Positions 26,118-50,917 of a stretch of DNA of 64,000 nucleotides are shown here, piece after piece. This stretch comes from Amoebidium appalachense. Lineage: Eukaryota; Protista; Ichthyosporea. The stretch is from assembly GCA_963693365.1 (NCBI GenBank), contig CAVNZM010000009.1:8971408-9035407 (forward strand), given 5' to 3'. Position 1 is the stretch's first letter. Each line of letters starts with the position of its first letter. The notes beneath the pieces are model-generated. The model was not told the origin of the DNA, ran no database searches, and worked only from the letters and a program-made list of their open reading frames with translations. Both the position numbers and the translations under genes were made by a program.

Positions 26118-26912
26118 AGCAGATGAGGAATTCCTGCAGCTACAGGCACAATTCACGGATGGCTGCCGCTGGGTGGGTAAGGGGCTGGGGAGAAGGAAGG
26201 CGAGAGGGGGGAGAGGGGAGGGGGGAGAGAGCGAGTTGAAGAGAGAGACAGGAGAAAGGTGGGGGGGGGGGGGGGGGGGGGGGGGGGAGACTCTCTGAGT
26301 GGGGGGGGGGGGGGGGGGGGGGGAGTTGTCTACGTACTAGCAATGCTTCAGCAGAATAATACGGGAGCGACCAATCATGAACGATTGTGAGTGGTGCGCT
26401 CCGCACCATACAACACTGCCAAGTGGGTCTGCCAGTCTGCATCATGACACCTCATGATGATCAGCTAGGCAGGGATCAATGGGTTGGTCGCTCAACATAC
26501 GGGGACTTGGCTCACAGGAACACCCCTCTAACAAGTCGGCTGTAATTGTGGGACAAACGGGTTGGACTCTAGTCATGATGTGGTAGCCGCATGTTTTCTT
26601 GCTAACGTTGCTAAATGACACGTAAGCATGCATCAATGTGCGAGAGCCCGGGCCTCGGCCCATTCATAGCTACGTTGCATTTCAACGGCCAGGGAACTGC
26701 AGGATATGACAGATATGACACAAGGGTGTTTTTGTCTACCATTATGGGCTATAGGTTGTGTGTATCTATGCAGCAGGCACGGCTATGACGTCACACTGCC
26801 ACTGCCCCAGGCACAGCCAGTGTAGTCCTATCGGCGCATAGGCCCGAAAAGGGCCGGCGAGTTCACAGGCAAGTTGGGGCCTGCCGGGAGGATCCGGAGG
26901 GTGGGGAGAGGG

Positions 26913-26964
<52 letters not shown>

Positions 26965-27035
26965 GGGGAGGGGGAGGGGGGGGGGGGGGGGGGGGGGGGG
27001 GGAAGAGAGGTGAGCAGCGGGGGGGAGGTGAGCAG

Positions 27036-27068
<33 letters not shown>

Positions 27069-27108
27069 AGGCTTGCCACATCAGTATGTACACTTTGGGT
27101 GGGTGAAT

Positions 27109-27143
<35 letters not shown>

Positions 27144-27406
27144 CCTTCTTTTTTTTTCTTTTTTGTTTCGAGGGGGTGGGGGGGGGGAGAGGGGGAGGAG
27201 GGGCGGATTTGGATCTAAAAAGGGGAGAGGGGAGGGGGGGGGGGGGGGGGGGGAGTGAGAGAGAGAGGCAGAGAGAGGGAGGGAGAGGGTACAGGGAGGG
27301 AGAAAGAGAGGGAGGGGGAAGAGACTCGGGGAGGGGGGGGGGGGGGAGAGAGAGAGAGAGAGGGGGGGAGAAAGAGAGGGAGGGAGGGAGGGAGGGAGGG
27401 AGGGAG

Positions 27407-27470
<64 letters not shown>

Positions 27471-27490
27471 CTGAGTGAGCTTTCGTACCC

Positions 27491-27521
<31 letters not shown>

Positions 27522-27972
27522 TTCTCCCCCGGGGCCACCTCAAACCACGTCCCCCCATCACCCCCCGTGTGTTTTTTGCCTTTTTGCCTCATTTTATTTA
27601 TTTATTTATGTATTTACTTTTTTTGTTTTATGGGGGGGAGGGGGGGGGGGGAGCGTGGGGGGGCGGGAGGGGAGGGGGAGGGGGGGGGGGGGGGGCTGCG
27701 TTTCCACGCTGTATCAACGGTACTACGTCGGTCGAAAAGGGGGACGGGTGGGGGGAGGGGGGTAGTATTAACAAGAATATTGAGAGGCGTTTTAAGGGTT
27801 CTTTTTTTTTTTTTAAGAAAAAAGGATCTTTTCTCTTTCTTTTTTTTTTTTGGTTGGGGGGAGGAGGGGAGGGGGGAGGGGGGAGGATTGGATACTAGTA
27901 GGGTATGGGGATATTCTGTGTCAGCAACAATTGCACGGAGTATGTATGGCTGCTTCCGGGTGTACACGTAAA

Positions 27973-28004
<32 letters not shown>

Positions 28005-28430
28005 GAAGGGGGGGGGGGGAAGGGAGGAGCTCACTTCTAGCCGGGTTATAGTTTCAGCAGAACATATGGAGTGACCAATCATGTCAGCGGTCCGCGGCAC
28101 CATTCCCGGAGGCAGATAAACCTCTGCCTCGTGCTACTTCATGCGTAGCTAGGCAGGATTCATTGGATGGTCGCCCAACCAGTAGAAACCTGGTCCACAG
28201 AGAAAGGAACTCTCAAAGGGTTCGAGTGTGATTGTGGGACGGGCACAGGGGTTTAGATCTAGCCATAATGTTTGCAGCCTGACCGGTGTTATTTGTTTTT
28301 TGATGGCTCACGTGGGAACGTGCAAGAGCCCAGGACTTAAGTCACAACTATAGACATGCATGCCATATCCCCCCCCCCCCCCCCCCCCCCCCCCTCTCCG
28401 GGGTTGTTGCCCGGCTCGTGCACTTTACCG
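22050..28430 (+). ncRNA. tandem array of diverged structured-RNA-like units: U1 ~22270-23540, fragment ~24010-24160, U2 ~24770-25230, U3 ~25485-25660, U4 ~25900-26900, U5 ~27700-28430
   Basis: Colinear shared blocks: TGCACGGA..TGGCTGC, T(T/C)CAGCA, G(C/T)GACCA, TGCCT..CTAGGCAG, TGGTCGC, GGACTTG, CTCTCAAAGGG, GAGCCC, TTATGGGCT, TGACGTCACACTGCCACTG. No reading frame is conserved. Helices are retained by compensatory and G-U substitutions. Confidence 0.6.
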
Positions 28431-28619
28431 GTACCAGCAGCCTGCAAAATTGAATATCGCCTATATACGCATCTGCCAATTACACAAACGACATTGCAGC
28501 AATTGAATATTGATATTTTCTTTCCTCGCATTCGAGATCTTGGTTTCGAAATTGTGCTCCTTGAAATTTCTTATGAGGTCCCCGACCTCCTTAGCCTTCC
28601 TCCCATATGCATGCCCCCC

Positions 28620-28650
<31 letters not shown>

Positions 28651-28695
28651 AAAAAAAAAAAAAAAAAAGCACCACCAACACCACCACCACCACCA

Positions 28696-28731
<36 letters not shown>

Positions 28732-29961
28732 CACACAGAAGCCACCACTGCAATGTTCACCCGGCTCTTTATTTGTGATTAATATTCCTCGTTTCTGTTT
28801 TCAGATTCAGAAAAGGTACTTCGGTGCCCACTGGCATTTGCAGCACCATGTTAACACACACATGATCATGTTCATGAAGTCTTCTGATTCGAGTTTATCT
28901 TAGCACCCCTTGACCATTTTCTCAAGTCCCGCATTACAACTGGTGCAGACAGCTCGACAATTTAATCATTTACAATGCATTATCAGAATCTCCCCCTATC
29001 AACCTCCATCCTGCCACACGTAGAGAGCCACATAGGCCCGCCCGCCCACACACGCATGCATGCTTGCCCGGCCGCCCCACAACGCACAAATTGTGGCACA
29101 ACACACAGGGCCACAACCGTTGTAAATGTCAGAGAGCCACATGTACATCGGGAACTGTTACGGGGTCTGCAATCTCTGCAAGTGCAACATTAAAAAGTTG
29201 TGATCCTTGAAACCGTCTGTAGTTTTTTATTTACTTATTTCTCAACTGCTTACTTCTCACATCACAAGGGGTGGCTTGGAGTCACCAAAATGTGTCCAGT
29301 GAGCGATTACCGGGAAAATGAATTACCTGGAGGTTGCATGTGTTGCATCAATACCATACGTGCCTATTTCCTTCACAAAAATACCGAAAATCGCTCCAAC
29401 CATGCAACCCGGCATCTGGTAACCTAAGCGATGGCGGCCCTATCATTGAAGGGGGGTGAGGTATTCAATCGGTGTTGAGATCTCTCGCAAGGCAAATATG
29501 TGCAATTTAGGTGTTATTACCATACGTCCCGTTTAAAACAGACAGAACAATCATTCATACATAGAACTAGAAAAAAGAATGCTATTTGCAATTTTAGATA
29601 TTTTCACGTATTATCAGAGGGCCAAGATCATAACACTCCATGACTAATAAATTGACAAGCTACCAATATGCACCTAAAGCAAATGGTTTTGTGCACCAAA
29701 GGCCTTGTATCAAGAGTTACGCATCGTGGATGTGTGTGTGGTGTGTGTGCGTGTGTCGTGTGCATGTGTGTGTGCGACACACATGTACATGTAATCATGT
29801 GTGCGTGCCCGGGGCGCACGAATGTGCGGGTGTGACACGTATATTCGTTGCAGACAAATCCCACGAGCCTATCTTCTCTAATATTGGAATGCTCAATCTC
29901 TTCGACCCGTTTCTGGGGGGGGGGGGGGGGGGGGGGAGGGGCTGCAAGCTTTTTTTTTTGG

Positions 29962-41930
<11,969 letters not shown>

Positions 41931-42783
41931 GTTGCCAACTGTGCGGACAGGTGATGTTAGAAAAGCAAAGAATGCGGTGGGGGGGGAGGAGGGGCGAGTA
42001 AATGCAGAGGGAAAAGGACCCGCTCAATTTCTTTTTGTGGGGAGGGGGGGGGGGGGGGGGTGTTGCCACTCACGAAACCTTAAGGGGGAGGGGGAGAGAG
42101 GGGAAGGGGGAGTGGAGATTGGGGCGTGTTATGTGTGTGAAGAAGGAAGGTAGGGAAAGGACACTCTAACCCTTGAAGCACGAAACTCGAATACAGGATG
42201 CAAAAAAGTAGGAGAGGGAGAGAAAAGAAGCGAAGCCGGAAGAAAGAGGGGAAGAGAGACGTAGTAGGTGTACACCCGTACCCGTGTGCGATGTTGTAAC
42301 ATCACATGCGGATCCGGAAGCGCATGCAACACCCCCTTCCCCCCCCCCCCCCCCCCCCCCCCCCCCGCCCCTACATGAACAACTGTAAACACAAGTTTAA
42401 CGAATGCAAGTACTTGTTTGAGTATATGTGTATATATTACAGTTTGCTTGTCAACTCCCACCTACATGGAAAGGGCTAAAAAAATATAGAAACAAGACCA
42501 CTAAAAAAGCTCAAGCCCATGCTGACACATCGTGGCAAAAGACATGTCCAACCTCTCTCTTCCTCTCTCACACCTCCCCTTCTCACCCCTCCCCTCCTCC
42601 CCCCCCCCCTTCTCCCCCCCCCCCCCCTTCCCCCACGCGCCCCAAACACACAAAACACACACTCGCTTGACAATGCAACCACAATTCCCCAACCCGCTCC
42701 CAACCACTGTGCAGCTTCCAAGCACACATCAGACATATTCTGTGTGTAAAAATCCCAGTGTACAGACACACACGAGTCTCCTT

Positions 42784-42818
<35 letters not shown>

Positions 42819-42853
42819 CACGCAGGCACACATGCGCACACGCACACAAACGG

Positions 42854-42918
<65 letters not shown>

Positions 42919-44439
42919 CCACGCATACCCACACGCACACACACACATGCACGCACACACATCCCCCCCCCTCCCACACACACACACACAGCCCTCTTGA
43001 AAAAAAGCACACAGATGTTGCCCTTTACCGACCTTCAGCAAATAGGCAGCTTGTTCTCACTTCACTGATTGCATCAAAGCATCTTTCTAACCCGTTCACC
43101 AAATCGTCCAAAATCAAACAACCGGCCCGGCGTCGCACTAGTAATTCCTACTCAAGGCGCCTTTTCTTCTATTGCACACCATAGAAAGGAAAAGTCGTCC
43201 CCATCGGCTTTAGATTCTATATGACTAAAGTTCCAACCGACAACTTGCCGGAAAACATATGCATGCTGAGAAGTTCAACGGTGCTTTTGGTGTTTGGGTC
43301 AGACTTTCGAAACTTTTTGAACAGGGCCGCGGCTTTTCTAGCTTGGTGTGCAAAGATTGCGCCTCCGGTACCGATGCCATTGGCGGTCATAATAGCCATT
43401 TATGGTTCGTTTCAGCTAAATTGTATTGCTCTCCTCCCCCCCTCCCCCCCCCCCCCCCCCCACCCCCGCCCACTCCCTCCCCCCCCCCGGGGGCTCCCCC
43501 CCTCAAGTCGAACCAGATCCTCCACCCAGTCCAGCTCAGCTGTCCAGCTCACCTCCTCCTGGTATCACCCACCAAATACCACGGCACTACAACCACAAGA
43601 AACCACGTGGGCAACAAAACATGCACACACAGCACACAGACCACCGGTGACAACCAAATATACACGTGTGTTTGCGTGAGGCTGTGTTTTGAGTACCAGT
43701 CACGGGATTTGTGCGTGTGTGTATGGGGGTGTCTGCGCGTGTGTGTGCGCGTGTGCTTCATGGTGTTGCACCAGTGGTGGTCACGTGGAGTATGTAAGCA
43801 TGTGTGTGTGTGTGAAAGGGGCGCGAACGGGTGGGGGAAGGATAGGGGGGATGAGATGGGGAGGATGGGGAGGAGGGGGGAGGCTGGGACCGGGGAGGGG
43901 GGGAGGGGGGGGGGAGGGGGGTGGGAAGACAAGGAACTTGCTATTTGTATGATGTGGATTCTGTCTTTCCTGGTTGATATTCATACACGTATTGTGCGCA
44001 ACCATATATGCATGGTCGTATGTACAAGAAACATCCCAAGGCCCATAACTACGGTATATACATGCATAATAAAACTTTAATAAAAAAAGCAGGAATATAT
44101 TGCCCTTCACACACAAATCTATTTGGTATTCTACTAATAAGTCGAAACCATAAACTCTAAAAAATATCAGCTTCAGGTCTCACGTCCAAAATGCAACATC
44201 TATATGGCGCAACATTTCCCAACCAATTGACATGTAGATTCGTGCATATATCAAATATTAAGTTCTGGCTCTCTCATAATTATAATAACAATACTCCTTC
44301 GTGATTGTAATGTCGAAAAAGCTAAACCCTGCAATGATTCTAAATTCGACAGAATAAGTTTGCCCGCTTATTATAAAACTCCGTCCAAAATGTAATTTGT
44401 CTAAATTTTCAGCTGCACAAAATATTTGTTGCCGCTCAT

Positions 44440-44971
44440 TCACATAAACATGTTGCCGTAGCCGGGAGGGGGCAGGTGGTCCGGATCGGGGCTGAAGTGT
44501 GAGGGAACATGTCAGCCCCGGATCGGATTGCTACGCCTATATAATCCCCCCCCCCCCCCCCCCCCCCCCCCGTGCTCCCCCTTCCCCCTGGGCGCCCGCC
44601 CGATTCCTAATTTGATATACCCCCCCCCCCCCCCCCTCCCCTCCCTCCCTCTCCCATACTCACCCACACCCACACCCATACACTCTCTCTCCGCCCCCGT
44701 CTCTCTCTTCGACCCCCCCCTCCCCCCCCCCCCCTTTTTTTCCCTGGGGCCCTTCACACACACACCTTCACCAAGATCACCAAATTTCACTATGGTGCAT
44801 TACATGTATTATAATGCTGCAGTTGACTAAACAGTAAACGACACTGGAATGCATTCTCTTGTGTGCACGCGTGTGGAGGGGATGGAGGGGGCGTGGAGGG
44901 AGTTGGGGTACCATGAATTCCACAGCATGAAGGAAAATACAAAAAAGCACTCAGCAGTCTACCCTTTTTTT

Positions 44972-45006
<35 letters not shown>

Positions 45007-45418
45007 GGGAGGGGTTGTGGAAGAAGGGGGGCACCCACTCTCCACGTCCACCACGGGCGTTGCGTGGATTTCTCGGGTCGGGTGGGCCAAACGGGTCGAA
45101 TCGAGCACCAGGAGGGACAGCACCTCTAAAAAATGGAAAGCGGCTTAAGTGAATAAACCCCTCTCAAAACTACTTCCCCCCCCCCCCCCCCCCCCCCCAA
45201 AACAAACTCATGACCAGAGTCTTTGCCATCTGTTATCCACTATCCAATGTCGACATGTCAAGCAAGGGTTGAGTGTGGAAAGTCATTGTTTGGGGGTTGT
45301 TTCCTTCCTTCTTTCGTTATTTTCTTTCCTTTCCTTTTTTTTCATTCTTTCATTTTTCTTTTTTCCTTTTTTTCCTTTTCTTTTTTTCCTTCTTTCTTTT
45401 TTTTTTGAGTGGGGGGGG

Positions 45419-45451
<33 letters not shown>

Positions 45452-46112
45452 CGGTCCTTCAACCCTGGCGGGTGAAGGCAATAACACAGCACCAACAAGG
45501 AAAGCCCACACATTTGACTTCGCTGAACCACTGAAACGAACCACTGAAACGAGCAAAAGAAATGGGGGTATGGGGAACAGGGGAAGACAGGGGGGGGTGG
45601 GGGTAGGGGTTGCGGGGGGGGGGGGGGGGGGGGGGGGGTTTGAAACCTAGGCATGCCGTAAATGTCATCTTCCCCTCCAAACCCCCCACGGCCACCAATA
45701 CCCATGCCGCCAGGGGGGCCCATGAACATGCCTCCTCCCCTGTAAACAAGAAAGGTTTTTAGACTGAAAATGCACGAATAAGAACAAATTGTAAAAATGC
45801 AAGAAAAAAAAGGAAGATGCCCCCCCTTTAGCCCCCCCCCCCCCCCCCCCCCCCCAGGGCGCCCCCCTCCAACTCCCCCTACCTTTCTCTCTTCTCTTCA
45901 AACCCCCTCCCCCTTCCCCCGCACAGTGGTCACCTCCATAATGGCACCCACCACCTGCCCATGACCGCTGTCGAAAACTACCTGTCACCCCAACCCAAAA
46001 AAATCGATATGAGCCCAGAATCCAAACAAATAGCTGCTTCCTGCCATTAATTCCGTAGAATATTTATATTGTTTGTTGTTTTTGACCTTCTCCCTTTTGT
46101 ACAGGCTTCCTT

Positions 46113-46153
<41 letters not shown>

Positions 46154-47335
46154 CGCCCTCCACAACACACACGCACACGCATTCATACAGACACGAACAC
46201 CATCACCATTTCACAGCCGGGCAAACTCAAACGAAAGGGGCAGGGGGGGATGGGGGGGGGGGGGGGGGGGAAGGGGAGGGGTCATGTACCCAGGCATCTG
46301 GCCAGGCACAGGGAAGCCACCACCAAAATGAGGGAGTCTGTCGGTGTCACCGTAGCCTCCATAGGGCCCACCAACCATCCCTGCACGCCTGTAGTGAAAA
46401 GAGAGCATGAATATGAATATGTTAGTCTATGCCTACTCATTTGATTCATCGATTGCTATAGAAATAAGGTATGTCAGATGAAATGGGTGTATCTGTGTGT
46501 GTAGGTGAGTGCGTGAGTGTGTGTGAGCGTGTATGTGTGCCGTGCGTGTATGTGTTTCGTGTGTGCTGGATGTGTGTTCGTGCGTCTCTGTATGTGTGTA
46601 CGTGTGTGTGTTTGTGTGTGTGTGTGGGGGGGGGGGGGGGGGTACGTGTTCGTGTGCAAGTGTGCATGGGTGGGTGTCTGGGCAAGAAGGGGGGAGGGGG
46701 GGGGGGGGGGGGGGGGGTATATATTATAGCTGCGCACATACCCTGGGCCCATAGCCAAGGGATCAGCCAGTGGGTCGATAGGCCGGCGAGGTGGCACCCT
46801 CAGTGGGTCGGCATGAGCGGGCTGTGGTTTCTTCTGTTTCTCATCACTGTGTGCAATGCAACATGAATTAAATTCGAGGGTTTATGTGGGATTTTACGGT
46901 GTGAATTCATTCTTATACGATTTTTGCGTGACATTGATGTCAGATTCAGTGATAGGCGGACCTAAACATCCTCATTTGCCCCATTCCTGTTATTCACCTC
47001 ATTCAACCTGTTTGAGGCTTCTTCAATAAAAAAGGACCTCCCCCCCCCCCCCCCCCCCCCCCCCCCCGGCAGCATACATATATACATATCCATAAATAAA
47101 CAAAAACAACTGCACCTTCTCCTGGTTTCGCCAAAAGCGATACAAGAGAAGAAAAATTGGATTTCGAAATACATACGACGTATGGAGTGCCACACACGCT
47201 TCTCCCCCCCCCCCCCCCCCCCTCTTTCCCGTCCCCTGACCACCTTTCCCCTTCGCGCTCCCCCCCTCTCCCTCGCCCCCCCCCCCCCCCCCCCCCCCCC
47301 CCAACCCCCCCACTCCCCTCCCAAAAAAAAAGAAG

Positions 47336-47395
<60 letters not shown>

Positions 47396-48534
47396 GTCAG
47401 CAGGCTTTGGCTCCTTCCTCACATCCATCTTATCGAGCATAGGGCCCACCATAGCTCTGACCCTACTTGGTGCCACCTTGCCCCCCACCACACACTGGCC
47501 AACATCTATCTCACAGCTGTGCACTGTCTCCCCTGAAAGCACATGCACGAGAAGCTTGCTGCCCATCTGTGGATGGAGAAAAGGGAGGAGGGGGGGAGGA
47601 GGGGCGGGGGGAAGAGAGGGAGGACGGGAGACCGGGGGAAGTTAGGGAGGAGAGGGTAGGGAGGGATGAAGGGGGGCGAGGGGAGGGGGGGGGGGGGGGG
47701 GGAGAGGGAGGGTGGGTGGATGGAAAAAGGGAAGGAGGGAGTGAGGGAGGGCAAGAAGGTGCGAGGGAGAAATAGGGAAAGGGGGGTTACGGCAAAGAAG
47801 ATGGTGATGAACACGAACGCCAAAAAGAAGCAGAACAAGGACACCGGGGGGGGGGGGGGAGGAGGGGGGAAGCAGGCAGGCGCCTTGGGGGGGTTGGATT
47901 TTTTTTTTTTTTTTTTGGAGGGGGGGGGGGAGGGGGGGGAGGGTGGGGAGGGGGAAAGAAGGGGAGGGGGGAGGGAGAAAGGGGGGGGGGGGGGGGGGGG
48001 GGGGGGGGAGGGGCACAAACACGTTTTTGGATAGTAAAGGGAAGGTGAAAATGACTTTGGAAAGTGAGTGGTGGCAAAAAGCAATTTGGGGCGGGGGAGG
48101 GGCAGTGTAAATACTAAACGTGAGGTGTCTGAGGGGAGGGGGGATTGAAAGAAGGAGGACGGGGAGGGGGGAGAAGGCGGGGGGAGGGGGGGGGGGAGGG
48201 ATGCATGCATTAGAGTGGTTGGAATAATGGAACTTCGGGAGACATAAAAAGAAAAGGCACAAAAAACCGTCATCACAATACATAAAACAGAAACAAACAA
48301 AAAAAAAAAGCAGGGGAGGCACACTTACACAGAAAGGGCTCAGAAGGGGGGGGAGGGGGGAGGAAGGGGGGAGGGGTAAATACCAGCACAGCCTTGAGCG
48401 TGTAGACTGTGTCCTTTGTGGATGGGTGGCGGTAGCAGAGTGTCCACACGTCACTGTAGCTGTCCCAGCCAACCTGATGAAGGTGGATGCGAGAAGAATA
48501 AGTGTATGGGGGGGGGGGGGGGGGGGGTGTGTGA

Positions 48535-48607
<73 letters not shown>

Positions 48608-48763
48608 GCGCGCGCGTGTGTGTGTGTGTGGCCATAGCTGGGTGAGACGGGATGTAAAGAGGTGGAGGTATGAGGTGGACGATACACGATAAAATGATGG
48701 GAAATATGAGTGGAAGACGTGTACAGGGTGCGGGGGGTGGGAAGAAGGAGGGGAGGGCAGGGG

Positions 48764-48794
<31 letters not shown>

Positions 48795-48995
48795 AGGGGG
48801 CGGGACCGGAGATGGGGGAGCAGATGAGGTGGTGGTAGTGGTATATGATCATATATTATTTTTAGGAGATTTAATACTTCTCACTCTATTTTTAACTTGT
48901 GTACTATTTATTTTTCTGTTCTTTCTTTATTTGTTTATTTTACTCATTTTTTTGTGTATTTTTTTCATTTTAGTTATTCATTCATTCAATTATTT

Positions 48996-49049
<54 letters not shown>

Positions 49050-49277
49050 GGGGTTTGCAAAATAAACACCAGAGAAAGCAAGCCAAACACATATACAACA
49101 CATCCCTCCGCCAGGCATGTGTGGAAAGGATGTCGCTGTTCGCTGGCTGTGCACTTAACAAAGTATTTATCGTTTTGCCTTCCCACAAATATGAGTTTGG
49201 TCGTCTAGGTAAACCAAAAGCTCTATTATTGTAATTTCTAGGAAAAGGGATAATGGAAAAGGCGAACTACGAAAAGA

Positions 49278-49310
<33 letters not shown>

Positions 49311-49489
49311 TGGGGGGGTGGTTGAAGGTGGGGGTGAAGGTCCTTGGGGAGGAGGGGCGGGGGAACACTCACAGGAAGAGTCTTTGAGCCAGGACCATCT
49401 TCTGGAGTCTCCAAACCGACACAGAGATACCCCTGTGCACTGAACAAGTCGTGTATGGACTGGAATACGTTCTTGGCGTCCTCACCCAT
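44440..49489 (-). CDS. PSMF1: proteasome inhibitor PI31, 8 exons: 49489-49373, 48473-48384, 47566-47394, 46846-46742, 46388-46290, 45739-45647, 45126-45039, 44491-44440
   Basis: Phase-compatible splicing gives LPVGWD..DVWTLCYRH, DPLRVPPRRP, YGDTDRLP, GGMFMGP, GAVPPGARFDPFGPP and DPDPDHLPPPGYGNMFM*, which are the PI31 hallmark motifs with an HbYX-like end. Confidence 0.93.
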
Positions 49490-49830
49490 GTTGACGTCAC
49501 GAGATAGGGAAAGATGTGTTAACCTTTCGTATTGGGTATGAGCAAACTGCCGAAAGAATAGCTGGCGTTAAGTAACAAAGAGGTGAGTTTTGAGTCTGAA
49601 AAAACTAGCTATAGAATACCTTGACTAGCTCTTTCGAAAGATCAGGTCCTACTTCAGCGGTACGAATCCTTGTTGAACGAGTGGAATTCCGTCAAAAGTT
49701 CCAGTGGGCTTCAAAAAGGTGAGCGAGCTTTCGTGAGAGCCTCAGGGTGAGCTCTGTCACAGTGACGTCATAAGTGGCTCATGGGCTAGAACATGAGCGA
49801 GGAAGTTTAAAGCGGAGTTCCGGCTTACGT
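49490..49830. promoter_or_regulatory. probable bidirectional promoter with two CRE-like TGACGTCA palindromes
   Basis: TGACGTCA at 49492 and 49763 in repeat-free DNA between divergent PSMF1 and the RBR gene. Confidence 0.45.
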
Positions 49831-50338
49831 AATCCTGAGACTTCATAAAACCGGCTGAAGTTTCTGAAGCAGGCACATTGAAAAAAAAATTATAACGACT
49901 TTATTTTTTTTTATAAGCAACAGGTCCTAGGAGTTGAATGTTCTTTAGGGAAGCTTCGTGCAGCTCTAGGTTTTCAGTCGGATCATCTCACGGACAGTTC
50001 ATGCTTCTAAATCCGTGGTTGGTTATCTATTTTTGCAACACTGTGCATATCAATTGATATGCTGTTGAAATTTTGAACATCCTTCCGCCTGTTTAGGCTG
50101 TTGTAAAGATGCGCAAATCGGTGACGAACCCCCCCTCCCTCCCCCCTCCCTCCCCCCCTCCCCCCCCCCCCTCCGGCCCCCCTCTCCTCCCCCTCCCACG
50201 TGTAAACTTGCCCCCTCCCCCTCCCCTCACGTTCTTTTTTCTTAGTTCTAAGATTGTGCCCACTTGTTGGGCCCCCGAGGCATTTTTACGTCCCAGTTTT
50301 TTGCCGTCTTTCCTTTTTTCTTTTCCTCCACCCCCCCC

Positions 50339-50369
<31 letters not shown>

Positions 50370-50881
50370 TTTCTTTTTTGTTTTTGTTCTTTCCGATCCC
50401 CTTGATCCACTTAACTTCTTTGCATTCTGGCCACAGAACATTCATGTTTCTCAAGCAGTAGCGGCGAATTCTACTTTGTACCGCGAATATATTCAGTTCA
50501 TCCTCCTCCATCACTCAATGCATGCCGCAACCGCCAAAGCGACTCACGACTACCTCTCGTTTTGTATTCACCTGAGTTGCTTGAGTTCCTTGACACAGGG
50601 ATCTACTAATCTAAGAATAGAACTATCCATCCCCATTCAATCCCATCAAAGTGCTTTTGTCTGTACACTTGGTGAATCCTTTATAGAAAGTAAACAAAGA
50701 TTGAAAACTTGCTAACTTTTTTTCTCCCACAATCCCACAGTCGCGGAGTTTGACTGCTAACCTCGAATGTAGGGGCCCCTAGCCTCAGCACGAGTAGCCA
50801 ATTTCAAAATTAGCCTGGTTTCCGTCGGAATGTTTGCCCGGGGAGAGGGGGAAGGGGGGAAGGCGGGGAGAGGGGGGGACG

Positions 50882-50917
<36 letters not shown>

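Noticed and set aside
26560-26875. Group I intron R/S-like words (TGTAGTCC, GTTCACAGGC), SRP helix-8-like AGGCCCGAAAAGGG, and a 5.8S-like GGCTCTCGCA on the minus strand
   Set aside because: They are in the wrong order or are short partial matches, and are not conserved across units.
22400-28280. Selenoprotein or repeat-domain protein on the minus strand of the array (several in-frame TGA)
   Set aside because: Copies shift frame relative to each other and also contain TAG/TAA stops, so no common reading frame exists.
22050-28430. CRISPR-like array
   Set aside because: There are no identical short repeats with regular spacers, no cas genes, and the context is eukaryotic.
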